Below, in pieces: positions 36,001 through 48,459 of a stretch of 64,000 nt of DNA. The DNA lies in assembly GCA_964468635.1 (NCBI GenBank), contig CAYXVR010000013.1, positions 40,389-104,388 of the forward strand, in the 5' to 3' direction. Source of the stretch: an uncultured Nannocystaceae bacterium. Its GTDB lineage: Bacteria > Myxococcota_A > Polyangia > Nannocystales > Nannocystaceae. The notes below the pieces were generated by a model. The model was not told where the DNA came from, ran no database searches, and was given only the letters and a program-made list of their open reading frames with translations. Position numbers and translations under genes: made by a program. The number at the start of each line of letters is the position of its first letter. Within the stretch, counting starts at the first letter, position 1.

Positions 36001-38474
36001 TCGAGCTCGTGCGCAAGTACGCGGCCGAACGCTACGCCGAGGGCTACGAGCGCGGCATCCACGACGCGGACGCCACGGCGATCCTCGCGAAGCTCGTCAC
36101 GCTCCACCAGAGTGCGGGCCTGCTGCGCTTCGCACCCAGTGCGCGTGCGCTCGCGTGCTTGTTCTGGGCGTTCGCCGACGCGCCGGGGCGCGCGATGTGG
36201 CATCGCCGCGCGCAGAGCCTCGCACGGCTGCGAGGGTCGTTCGCGGTCGCCGACGTGGGACGCGCGCTCGCGGCGGATCTGGGCGAAGCGATCGGGCTGT
36301 TCGTCGCCGCGTGCGAGGTGCCGTTGTCGGCCGCGCTCGCCGGGGCGGCGGGGCAGTATCTCGTGGAGGAGCTCGCGGTCGAGCGTCCGCAATTCGTGGC
36401 GAGCGCCGATGCGCTCGCGCTGCGCGACGGGCTGCTGCGGCGGCTGGACGCGCTCGGCACCCGCCGCGCGCTCGAGGATGATCTCTCCGTGCTCGAGGGG
36501 TTGCCCAACGAGCCCGGTGGCGTCGCGGATCGCTTCGCGCTGGCGCGGGCGTGGGTGGACGCGTGGATCTCCACGAGCGACGACCCCGAGGTGCTGCGGC
36601 GCGCTCCGTTCGCGGTCGAAGCGGCCGCGCTGGTGGTGTGCGACCGCGCGCTCGACCACGCACCGAGCACCGGGCTCACCGTCGCCGAGGTGGGCGGCCT
36701 GCTCGGGCAGCACCCGATCATCAAGGAGCAGAAGCTCGAGCTGCGCATCGACGAGTTCCTCGAGCGGCTCGGCACGTTCGTGCGCGAGCGCGTGCCCGCC
36801 TTCGCGCGGTACCGCGAGCTGCGGACCGCGATGATCGAGCGGGCGCGCGTGCGATTGCGGCTCGAGGAGCTCAAGCCCCGCGTGCTCACCTCGTTCGTGC
36901 GCAACCGGCTGATCGACGAGGTGTACCTGCCCGTCATCGGCGACAACCTCGCGAAGCAGCTCGGCGCGGCGGGGGAGGGCAAGCGCACCGACTTGATGGG
37001 CATGCTCTTGCTCATCTCGCCGCCCGGCTACGGCAAGACGACGCTGATGGAGTACGTCGCGAGCCGGCTGGGGCTCGCGTTCGTGAAGGTGAACGGACCG
37101 TCGCTGGGCCACGCGGTGACGTCGGTGGATCCCACCGAGGCACCGAACGCCACGGCGCGCCAGGAGGTGGACAAGATCAACCTCGCGCTCGAGATGGGCA
37201 ACAACGTGATGCTCTATCTCGACGACATCCAGCACACGAACCCCGAGCTGCTGCAGAAGTTCATCTCGCTGTGCGACGCGCAGAGGCGCATCGAAGGCGT
37301 GTGGAACGGCCGCACGCGCACGTACGACCTGCGCGGCAAGAAGTTCTGCGTCGTGATGGCCGGCAACCCGTACACGGAGTCCGGTGAGAAGTTCCAGATC
37401 CCGGACATGCTGGCGAACCGCGCCGACACGTACAACCTCGGCGACATCCTGCAGGGCAAGGACGACCTGTTCGCGCTCAGCTACATCGAGAACGCGATCA
37501 CGTCGAGCCGCACGCTCGCGCCGTTGTCCACGCGCGAGCCGGCCGACATGTACAAGCTCGTGCGCATGGCCCAGGGCGAGGAGATCGCGGGCAACGATCT
37601 GGCCCACGGGTATTCGGCGGTGGAGCTCGGCGAGATCACGGCGGTGCTGCAGCGACTGTTCCGCGTGCAGAAGCTGCTGCTCGAGGTGAACAAGCAGTAC
37701 ATCGCGTCCGCGTCGATGGACGACCGCTTCCGCATGGAGCCCGCGTTCAAGCTGCAGGGCAGCTACCGCAACATGAACAAGCTGACCGAGAAGATCGTCG
37801 CCGCGATGAACGACGACGAGCTCGAGCGGCTGCTGGACGACCACTACGTCGGCGAGGCGCAGACGCTCACGACCGGGGCCGAGCACAACCTCTTGAAGTT
37901 GGCCGAGCTGCGCGGGCGCATGAGCGACGAGCAGCGCGCGCGCTGGGAGTCGATCAAGAAGGAGTACCAGCGCCTGAAGCTGGTCGGGGGCGCCGACGAC
38001 GATCCGGTCACGCGCGTGACGGGCCAGCTGTCGAGCCTCGCGGAGCAGCTGCGCGTGATCGGCTCGGCGATCACGAGCAATCCGCTGGCCCCCGAGCTCA
38101 AGTCGCTGGGCGAGACGGTGCGCACGACGGCGGCCGCGCTCGCGGCGAAGAAGCCAGACGACGAGGCCGCGGCGAGCCGCGACAAGCTGCTCGTGAAGTA
38201 CATGCAGCACGTCGAGGACGCGCTCACGGGCCTGGCGTCGCCGAAGATCGAGCTGCGCGTGCAGAACGATCCGCCGCCTGGCATCGACGAGCTGCTCGCG
38301 CAACAGATCGCGATCATCGAGCGCACGCTGGTGCCGCTCGTCCGCACGACGAACGAGCACTGGGGCAACCCCACCGCGGTCGACCTGCACGTGCAGGAGT
38401 TGCTCCGCCTGATGCGGGCGATCGACGACCGCCTGCGCGCCGTGTTCACGGGCGTGCCGGCCGCGGGCGAGTGA
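33099..38474 (+). CDS. Giant (1,791 aa) coiled-coil protein with an AAA+ (AAA_5/MoxR-dynein-like) ATPase module. Function unknown.
   Basis: Walker A is LISPPGYGKTTL (about 37026-37043). Walker B is VMLYLDDIQH (about 37211-37234). Sensor-1-like FCVVMAGNPY follows. There is no TM segment. Long heptad-like helical segments lie in the middle and C-terminal parts. The start is 18 nt after the flotillin stop, with an AAGGGG Shine-Dalgarno-like motif. Confidence 0.7.
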   Translation: MADGQNSDAAAAPAAASAADLEGGSYEVIRARLQVQAKQLGERAESLNKARVAAFGGTELQVLGNTRVRTENNCVPRDIVQVGGRLLFGYNVFIGLKAETALEDVFSLQRFQTGADGLELHPVPLPEGGPGFLASSTFGDQFRELYKFYKATKLVQLGRDETKLLAAFQIGNDITDIRVFRWTLNAKGEPTYQDNRGERDFQFPPSHDFEWRATVREDRREGAHPHISIRDKVFVETVGGDLTVKVENNTESGEGIYAEPVDEPLQTLDDATIRYAEVGPLVLLEVRPYREEKARYLVFSTRTQRVVRIDAIGRACVSLPDDHGIIFPGGFFLQDGQHKVFDGDYGTFEFQRVLRSPNGEDVLYVFVDRSAGLYALFPYNLIRREVQTPIRCNGYSLFDDGKMVVFRAVGDEPTRVHPMQIWQTPFVSAEFAAKAPTSGGFLQKIGNADLVRGVSDCLSLRRYVAEQTPSRQVYEDLVASITRTIDAYHWLGHAEAFEPLPILLEMRKTVELIVDEFEKVVVLRKQAAKALADAERGQVELLRTVRPESWSKVDEFMDGLSRLRKQRGHLITLREQRYIDLEALAKLEAEVVKSFDELSATTVRFLARDDALVPVTRELDDLLERVGKVGKTNELVPHIESLTKIGDGLAVLSEVAANLQVDDPTARTKILEGVSEVFSHCNRVRATVDIKRKALLSDEGKAEFAAQFKLFGQAVQSAIAVCDTPERCDEQLSRLMVQLEELEAKFSEFDEFIGELTKKREEVYDAFGQRKQVLLDERQRRVGNLWQAAERIITGIERRARTFAAADELNAYFASDPMVLKLRELGERIAELGDGVKADEVASRLKSTRQDALRGLRDRLDLFADGGNLIKLGKHRFSVNTQPLELTVVPHDGAMALGISGTDFVEPIVDEEFEKTRPLWSQQIVSESDTVYRGEYLAYSMLADAEAGRAGLGIAALVAAAREGGGLLELVRKYAAERYAEGYERGIHDADATAILAKLVTLHQSAGLLRFAPSARALACLFWAFADAPGRAMWHRRAQSLARLRGSFAVADVGRALAADLGEAIGLFVAACEVPLSAALAGAAGQYLVEELAVERPQFVASADALALRDGLLRRLDALGTRRALEDDLSVLEGLPNEPGGVADRFALARAWVDAWISTSDDPEVLRRAPFAVEAAALVVCDRALDHAPSTGLTVAEVGGLLGQHPIIKEQKLELRIDEFLERLGTFVRERVPAFARYRELRTAMIERARVRLRLEELKPRVLTSFVRNRLIDEVYLPVIGDNLAKQLGAAGEGKRTDLMGMLLLISPPGYGKTTLMEYVASRLGLAFVKVNGPSLGHAVTSVDPTEAPNATARQEVDKINLALEMGNNVMLYLDDIQHTNPELLQKFISLCDAQRRIEGVWNGRTRTYDLRGKKFCVVMAGNPYTESGEKFQIPDMLANRADTYNLGDILQGKDDLFALSYIENAITSSRTLAPLSTREPADMYKLVRMAQGEEIAGNDLAHGYSAVELGEITAVLQRLFRVQKLLLEVNKQYIASASMDDRFRMEPAFKLQGSYRNMNKLTEKIVAAMNDDELERLLDDHYVGEAQTLTTGAEHNLLKLAELRGRMSDEQRARWESIKKEYQRLKLVGGADDDPVTRVTGQLSSLAEQLRVIGSAITSNPLAPELKSLGETVRTTAAALAAKKPDDEAAASRDKLLVKYMQHVEDALTGLASPKIELRVQNDPPPGIDELLAQQIAIIERTLVPLVRTTNEHWGNPTAVDLHVQELLRLMRAIDDRLRAVFTGVPAAGE

Positions 38475-38578
38475 TCCGAGTCGTCAGAAACCTGCAGCGG
38501 ATTCGGCGCCGGAGGATAGTGACCGTGAATCGCCGACTTATACCGCCGCTACCGGAATGGGCGTCTTCCCGGAGGAGT

Positions 38579-39985
38579 ATGAGTTTCCGTAGCGCGATCC
38601 CATTTTTGGCGATAGCGACTACATGTTCTCCAGGTGGCTCCTCCGACGAAGGCGGCTCAACGGGCGGTTCCTCCACATCCACGGGAGCGGGATCGACGAG
38701 CTCGATTGCCGACGGTGACTCGACTGGGGCATCGAGTGGCGATGTTTCGACCTCCAGTGGAAGCGTCAATGCAATTTGCGGCAACAGCATTGTAGAGAGC
38801 GGCGAACACTGTGACGGCGCTGCAATCTCGGGACATGAGTGTCCCAAGGACTGCAGATTTCCGGAGATGTTTGAGCTGTGGGAACAGCGCATTGTGACGA
38901 CCGGTTCTGATCGAGTCGCGTCCATCGACTCGTCAGAAATGGGAGCCATAGCCATTGCGGGTGACACGTCCGGGACGGGTGTCGAGGGGCTCGACGTTCT
39001 GGCTGCGTCACTGACTACTGACGGCGACCTCCTATTTGTTCGAGCTCATGCAGCGCAGCCCGCAAGTAATGATCAGGCGTTTGTTGCGACCATGGTCGGT
39101 GGGGATGTCATTGTTGCGGGTGTTTCTGCGCGCCGTATTTGGGCGGCTAGATTCGATATGGCCGGGGAGTTGCAGTGGGATTACCTGCTCGAGGGTGACA
39201 ACAAATCCAGTACGTATATCGCAACAGGAAGCACATGGCAAACTAAGGGGTCACTTCTTCTTCTGGCGAGTGGTGACTTGTCGGAACCGCTGCCCGGATA
39301 CATGATATCTCTTGATCCCACGACTGGTCGCTCGAAAGAGGTGCGACGCCTTGCCGGGCCCGTGAATCGCGACGACAATGGCGTGCTGTGGGGTCTCCGC
39401 GGCTTTGGGCGAGCCGACGGAAGCTTGCTCGTCGCAGCGGTCGTGGATGTCAATGGTGAGTCCGACGGTTGGGTGGACAGCCAGTCGGTCGCGGAAAAGT
39501 CAATGTGGTCGGGTAGCTGGGATGCGCCCGAGCGAGGCTCCTCCGATCGACTGGCTGATGTGCATGGGAATTCCCAAGGCGACGTCGTAATACTTACGGA
39601 ATGGCCCACCGGTGACGACGAGGGTTACGATATCATGCTCCGAGTATATAGTGCGGACGGGCAGGAGCGTTGGACGGCAATATATTCCGGTCCTGACGGT
39701 GTTAATGATTTTCCAGGCGGGGTAGCGATCGACGATTCCGGATCGGTGTTCTTCTGCGGACGTTCAGAAGTTGCACCTGATGATATAGACATCATCACCG
39801 GAAAAGTGTCGGGCGAGGGCGAAATTGTCTGGGTGGACACGTGGTCCGGTGATCGAAGCGAGAAGTTCAGTTGGGATATTGGAGCCGACGTCGTGCTGGA
39901 GGAACGGGGGTTCTTGGTAGTAGCGGGTTATACATATGGGACTGCGAACGACTACGATATCGTGGTGCGATCGATTGTTCCATAG
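38579..39985 (+). CDS. Secreted lipoprotein with a 'Myxococcus cysteine-rich repeat' and a beta-propeller-like body, encoded in a low-G+C island.
   Basis: The start is MSFRSAIPFLAIATTCSPGG (lipobox), preceded by GGAGGAG. CGNSIVESGEHCDGAAISGHECPKDC fits the myxococcal Cys-rich repeat pattern. A/T-rich codons are used throughout. The gene ends in three consecutive stops, TAG TGA TAA. Confidence 0.55.
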   Translation: MSFRSAIPFLAIATTCSPGGSSDEGGSTGGSSTSTGAGSTSSIADGDSTGASSGDVSTSSGSVNAICGNSIVESGEHCDGAAISGHECPKDCRFPEMFELWEQRIVTTGSDRVASIDSSEMGAIAIAGDTSGTGVEGLDVLAASLTTDGDLLFVRAHAAQPASNDQAFVATMVGGDVIVAGVSARRIWAARFDMAGELQWDYLLEGDNKSSTYIATGSTWQTKGSLLLLASGDLSEPLPGYMISLDPTTGRSKEVRRLAGPVNRDDNGVLWGLRGFGRADGSLLVAAVVDVNGESDGWVDSQSVAEKSMWSGSWDAPERGSSDRLADVHGNSQGDVVILTEWPTGDDEGYDIMLRVYSADGQERWTAIYSGPDGVNDFPGGVAIDDSGSVFFCGRSEVAPDDIDIITGKVSGEGEIVWVDTWSGDRSEKFSWDIGADVVLEERGFLVVAGYTYGTANDYDIVVRSIVP

Positions 39986-40039
39986 TGATAATGGATTGAC
40001 GACTTGCTCAAAGATGACCGACGCGTGGGCGATATTGTG

Positions 40040-42663
40040 TCACGCAGGACGACGAGCATTCAACAAGAACCAATGCGTGAGGGCATCAGGCGGCAACAGG
40101 AACGCGAGAATTTCACCGTCGCGGCGGCCGGTGATCGGCGCGAGCTCAACGCCGACGCGCAGTGGCTGCAGCACGAGGTCGTGGGGCGTTCGGACGCGGA
40201 GCTCGCCCTCGACGAGCTCGGACAAGAGTGGCAGTCGCTCGCCGGGCGTCGCTGCGACCTGGGCCACCGCGCTCACGAGCATGCGCTGCGACGTCGCGAT
40301 CGGATCGCCGTCGAGGCTGGATACCGCGATCGCGGCCTTGGCCGTCAAGATGCGCAGCTCGACGTCCTTCATCGCGATCGTGTGGCCGCCGATCCAGCCG
40401 CTCGCGGCTTGCGTGCGCGGCGTGTCCACCACGTGCGTGCCGGCGACCCAGTCGCGCGTGAGCTCGCCCGTGTCCGATTGCACGGAGGTCGCGTCGATCG
40501 GCAGTGCGTCGTGGTCGGCGTCCGTGAGTGGCGTGCCGTCCGTGCGCGCGGGGTGGCGCGTGTCCCAGTCGAGCGCGGGCACGTCGGGCAGCGCGAGCTC
40601 GATGCGGCTCTGCTCCACGAGTGTGCGCAGCGTCGCCGACGTGGCCGGGCTCGTCGCGCGCTCGTAGACGTCGGCGCTCGACAGCTGCAGCACGAAGGTC
40701 TCGCGCGCCGGGCCCACGTCGCCGCGGCGGAACGCGAGTGCGGCCGCCGGCATCGTCGTCATCAGCCCGGCATCGTAGAAGGCGGACCACGAGTCCGGGT
40801 TCGTGGGCGGCTCCATCGGCTGCTGCGAGTAGGCGAACAGCATCGGCGCATCCCAGCCCTGCAGCGCCGCCGTCGCGGCGATCCACATCGGGGCGACGAA
40901 TCGATCGCGCACCGGAAACGCGAAGTTCCACTCGGAGATCGACAGCGGCATGCCGCTCACGTGGCCGGCGGCGATGAACGCGAGTGGATTGGACTCCGTC
41001 TTCGGGTTCAGCCCGAGCGCCTCCGCGCCGCCGTAGCTGTGCACGTCGACGACGTCGCCCACCGTCAGCGACGGCACGGCGTAGAGCGGCTCGTCGCCCC
41101 ACAGGCTCGACGTCGCGACGAGCGACGACACCCCGAACGATCGCAGCGACTCGATCGCGCGCAGTCCGAAGCGCGCCTCGAGTTCCGCCATCGCGATCTT
41201 GCTGGGCCCGGCGCGCCACGGCTCGATCGGGCTCGGCACCTCGAGGCCGGAGCGCTCGACGAACGCGTCCACGGCCGCCTGCATGCGCGCGACGTGGTGC
41301 GGGCGCGGCTCGATCGCCAGCATCATGTTGCCGAAGTGCTGCGTCAGGTCGTTCTCGTTCGTCACGAGCACGGCGAGCACACCGGGGTCGTCGGCGTAGC
41401 GGCGCCCGCTGTACCGGTTCGTGCGATCGAGGAACTGGCGCGCGAAGCGATCCATCGCGCCCTCGATCTCCGGGCTCACGAAGTTGAACCCTCGCAGATC
41501 CCCGCCCGGCAGCTCCTCGAAGCCGGGAATGCCGTCACCGGCCGTCAGCACTCGACCGACGTGCAGGTCGAGCCACACGTAGATCCCGCGGCGCTGCAGC
41601 GCATCGACCCAGCGATCGATCCGATCCAACGACGCGTCGCGCAGCTCCGCCGTGTCGCCGCCGTCGAACACGTTCGGCTGCACCCAGTGCGAGTCGTGGT
41701 GGTGCAGGCGCACGAGGTTGAACCCCAGCCGCGCGAGCCGGTCGGCCTGCACCTCGATCGCCGCGTCGGGCGCGGCGAAGAGCGAGTACGCGACGACGTT
41801 CGTCCCCCAGAAGCGCGCCGTCGTGCCATCGGCGAGCACGAGCCGCTCGCCCTCGGCCCGCACCGGACCCTTCGTGCCCGCGGGTCGATCGCCGTCGTTC
41901 AGGAACGAGAGATCGAGCCCGTCCGGCAGCCGATCCCAGGGCAGCGCGTCGGGGGCCCACCGCGCCGAGTCCACCGGCGCGTACCGAGACGCGATCGACG
42001 GCAACGCGACGCCGGGCTCCGGCAGCTTCACGCGGATGGTCGTGCGATGGGTGCCCGCGGCGACGTCGTGACCGAGCAGCCACATGCGCACGACGAACGG
42101 CGAGCGCTCGATGTAGACGTGGGGCAGCTCCTCGTCGGCGACGATCTCGATCGTGCCGTGCCCCGTGTCCCACGCGAGGCCGCGCCCGTCCGCGCGCACC
42201 GACGGCGGCGCGGGCTCGCGTCCGAAGATCCGCGGCGATCCGACGAGCTCGAGCTCGATGCCACCGCCCTCGATGTCGACGAGGTCGTTGCGGACGTTCG
42301 CCTCGAAGTCGAGCACGAGCTCGCGCTCGCCCACGGGCGCGATCGTGCCCGCGATCACCACGCCGAGATCCGGCACCTCGATCGTCAGCGGCAATACGGC
42401 CCCTTGCGGCGCGCCGGTGCGTACGCGCGCGTCGGCCCAGCGGAACCCCTGCCCGAAGAACTTCCACGTGAACCCACCGATGCGCGAGTGGTTGAAGCGC
42501 AGCACCACGGTGCCGTCATCGGTGGCCTGGGCCTCGAAGCCGCTCGCCACCGCGATCTCGACGACGAGCGGCGTAGGCTCGTCCTCGTTGCAGCGCCGCA
42601 GCCGCGTGCACGCCACGAGCGCGAGCGCCAGCACCACGATTCCCGCGACGACCCTCGGCATCC

Positions 42664-42667
<4 letters not shown>
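40040..42667 (-). CDS. Glycoside hydrolase family 5-like (cellulase superfamily) lipoprotein.
   Basis: The product starts MRMPRVVAGIVVLALALVACTRL, a lipobox. VLVTNENDL is a GH5 acid/base 'NE' motif. SISEWNF is a candidate nucleophile Glu. The last 13 codons lie in the low-G+C island. The ATG overlaps the upstream kinase stop as ATGA. The ORF-track frame 40040..43897 has a spurious extension. Confidence 0.6.
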
Positions 42668-45708
<3,041 letters not shown>

Positions 45709-45844
45709 CGCACGACGGCCGATGGGCCGCACCGTTCGCGGGCGGTCCCCGACGGACGCGACGGCGACCGCGACCGCTCGCGCTTGCGCCGGAGCCGTTC
45801 GCCCGCGCCGCCGCACCGCCGCCGCGTATGATCGAGAGCGTCCC

Positions 45845-46903
45845 GTGCCGGCACCCTCGCTCCTGCGCAGTACCTTGCGGGCGCTGCTCGTGCCGCGGCG
45901 GCTCGTGCCGATCCTCGTCATCGCGATCCCGCTGGTGGTCGCACAGCATCGCTACTCGGCGGAACGGTGGGCGGCTCCGCTCGGCGCGATCATGTGTCTC
46001 GCGTTCCTCCTGCTCGGACCGGTGGCGTGGCGGGCCCTGTTCCCACCCGACGTGCTCTCCGGTCGACCGACGTTCGGTGCGCCGTTCGGACGGCTCGTCG
46101 TGTACGCGATGCTCGGGGCCGGCACCGTCGCGCTGCTCGGCGATCTGCTGCCGCAGTGGTTCGGCCTGGGCGAGACCCTCATGACCTCCGACACCAGCTT
46201 GTTCGTCTCGATGGCCCTCTTCTGGGTCGGCGGTTACGGGCTCGGACGCGACATCGATCTCGAGCTCGGCCTCGCGGATGCGCGAGCGCGCGCGGACGCG
46301 TACGCCCACGAGGCCGAGCGCGCGCGATTGCTCGCCCTGCGCGCGCACCTGGACCCGCACTTCCTCTTCAACACGCTCAACGCGATCGCCGAGTGGTGTC
46401 GCGAAGACGGCGAGGTGGCCGAACGTGCCACGCTGCGCCTGTCCGACATGTTGCGCACCATCCTCGACGCGAGCCGCCGCTCCGCATGGCCGCTGGCCGA
46501 CGAGATCGCACTGTGCCGTCACCTGTTCGAGCTGCACCTCGTGCGCGACGCCGAGGCGTTCGCGCTCGCGTGGCGCGTGGGCGCCGACGTGCCGGCCGTG
46601 CAGGTACCGCCGATGATCCTGCTGCCGCTCTGCGAGAACGCGGTGAAGCACGGACCCGCGGCGGGGCACCGCGGCACGATCGAGCTCGGCATCGATGCCG
46701 ACGACGATGGCATCGCGTTGTGGGTCGAGAACCCGGGCGCCTATGCGGGCCCGCGCGTCGGCGGCGAGGGCGTCGAGCTCGTGCGGAGCCGGCTCGCGCA
46801 CGCGTACGTGGGTCGTGCGACGTTGAGCGTCACCGGCAAGGGCGATCGAACGCGCGCGGTCATCCGTCTGCCCGCCGTCGCGCGACCGGAGGTGGAAGCA
46901 TGA
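45845..46903 (+). CDS. LytS-type sensor histidine kinase (His_kinase / 5TM-like).
   Basis: It has HFLFNTLNAIAEW (the H-box of the LytS/YehU family) and an ATPase G-box region. Multiple N-terminal TM segments are present. I placed the GTG start at 45845, which is uncertain. The stop overlaps the response-regulator ATG as ATGA. Confidence 0.6.
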   Translation: MPAPSLLRSTLRALLVPRRLVPILVIAIPLVVAQHRYSAERWAAPLGAIMCLAFLLLGPVAWRALFPPDVLSGRPTFGAPFGRLVVYAMLGAGTVALLGDLLPQWFGLGETLMTSDTSLFVSMALFWVGGYGLGRDIDLELGLADARARADAYAHEAERARLLALRAHLDPHFLFNTLNAIAEWCREDGEVAERATLRLSDMLRTILDASRRSAWPLADEIALCRHLFELHLVRDAEAFALAWRVGADVPAVQVPPMILLPLCENAVKHGPAAGHRGTIELGIDADDDGIALWVENPGAYAGPRVGGEGVELVRSRLAHAYVGRATLSVTGKGDRTRAVIRLPAVARPEVEA

Positions 46904-47688
46904 GCACGATCAAGGTGGCGATCGCGGACGACGAGCTCATGGCGCGCAAGCGCATCGTGCGACTGTTGGAATCGATGCCCGGCGTCGAGCTCGTCGGCGT
47001 GCACGAGGACGCGAAGGGCGTGCTCGAGCAGCTGCGCGAGGACGTGGTGGACGTGCTCGTGCTCGACGTGCAGATGCCCGGGCTCACCGGGCTCGAGGCC
47101 CATGCGCTGTTGCCCGAAGGTGGGCCCTTCGTGATCTTCGCGACCGCGCACCCGGAGCACGCGGTCGCGGCGTTCGAGCTCGGTGCCGTCGACTACGTGC
47201 TCAAGCCGATCGAGGCGGGGCGGCTCGGCAAGGCGATCGAGCGCGGGCGCAGGTGGATCGCGGAGCGAGCCGCGGCCCGGCGCGCGGCCGCCCCGGTGCC
47301 CGACGCCGGCGCGCCGAATCGGCTCGCGATCTCGACGCGCAGCGGCCTCGTGCTGCTCGATCCCGCGGAGGTGAGCCACGCGGAGTTCGACGGATCGCTC
47401 GTGACCGTCCATCGCACGAGCGGCGAGGCGTTGCTCGCCGACGGAAGCCTGCAGGACGTCGCGGATCGTCTGCCCGCCGACGTGTTCGAGCGCGTGCATC
47501 GCCGCGCGCTCGTCAACCTCCGCGAGATCGCCGTGCTCGAGCCCCTGCCCACCGGTGGGTTCGTGGCGGTGACGAAGAGCGGCGGCCGCGTCCCCGTCTC
47601 GCGCCAGTCCGCCCGTCGGCTGCGGCGCTGGCTGGGACTCGGAAAGTCGAGCGCGGACGCCGACGACGACGGATCCGTGCCACGATGA
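46900..47688 (+). CDS. LytTR-family response regulator.
   Basis: The receiver domain is IADDELMARKRIVRLL...VLDVQMP. The C-terminal LytTR DNA-binding domain is LAISTRSGLVLLDPAEVSHAEFDGSLVTVHRTSGE. Confidence 0.75.
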   Translation: MSTIKVAIADDELMARKRIVRLLESMPGVELVGVHEDAKGVLEQLREDVVDVLVLDVQMPGLTGLEAHALLPEGGPFVIFATAHPEHAVAAFELGAVDYVLKPIEAGRLGKAIERGRRWIAERAAARRAAAPVPDAGAPNRLAISTRSGLVLLDPAEVSHAEFDGSLVTVHRTSGEALLADGSLQDVADRLPADVFERVHRRALVNLREIAVLEPLPTGGFVAVTKSGGRVPVSRQSARRLRRWLGLGKSSADADDDGSVPR

Positions 47689-47731
47689 CGCGCGCGTTGG
47701 CACCGTCGTCGGGCCGGCGTAGATCCCCTCC

Positions 47732-48445
47732 ATGATGCAGGCGATTCCGACTCCGCCCGGCGATCTCGTGCGCGAGCTGGAGTACACCGCGCGGCCCCGC
47801 GAGAAGCGCAGCTTCAACACGGTGCTCGAGGCGGCGGCGTTGCTGGGCAGCGGGCGCCGCCTCCTGCAGGTCACCTCCACGCGCACCGCCGAGGAGGTCG
47901 CGATCGAGATGCGCATCGAGCTCGCCGAGGGCCACATCCGCGAGACGTTCCGCGCCGCGGTCGCCCCCGACGGACTGCGCGCCCACACGATGCTGCGCAC
48001 GGTCACCGATCGCAACGACGCGATCGTTCGCGAGGAGCGAGCCGAGTTCTCCGGCCGCATCCTCTCGCTGCCGCGCGCGACCTATCCCGAGGTGATGCTG
48101 CCGTTCATGCTCGGCTGGTTCCCGCAGGACGGGCGCCGGCGCAGCCTGTACGCGTGGATCAACGATCGCTTCGTCGCTCGTGTGTACTTCGAGACGGGCA
48201 AGCGCACGAAGATCGATCTCCCCGGTTTCCCCGGTGGACGCGTGGAGGCGATCGAGTGCGTGATGTACCCGGACCTCGAGGACTGGGTGCCCATCGGTGC
48301 GACGCTGGCCACGCTCGCGAAGCCGTTCGTGCCGAAGTACCGCATGTGGATCGAGCCACGCTCGCCGTACACGCTCCTGCGCTTCGAGGGGCCGTACGGG
48401 CCTCCGGGTGCGCCGGAGTTCGTGATCGAGCTGCATCGGCGCTGA
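47732..48445 (+). CDS. Hypothetical protein.
   Basis: A 237-aa ORF of ordinary composition with no low complexity. No motif recognised. Confidence 0.45.
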   Translation: MMQAIPTPPGDLVRELEYTARPREKRSFNTVLEAAALLGSGRRLLQVTSTRTAEEVAIEMRIELAEGHIRETFRAAVAPDGLRAHTMLRTVTDRNDAIVREERAEFSGRILSLPRATYPEVMLPFMLGWFPQDGRRRSLYAWINDRFVARVYFETGKRTKIDLPGFPGGRVEAIECVMYPDLEDWVPIGATLATLAKPFVPKYRMWIEPRSPYTLLRFEGPYGPPGAPEFVIELHRR

Positions 48446-48459
48446 CGATCGCGCCCGTG

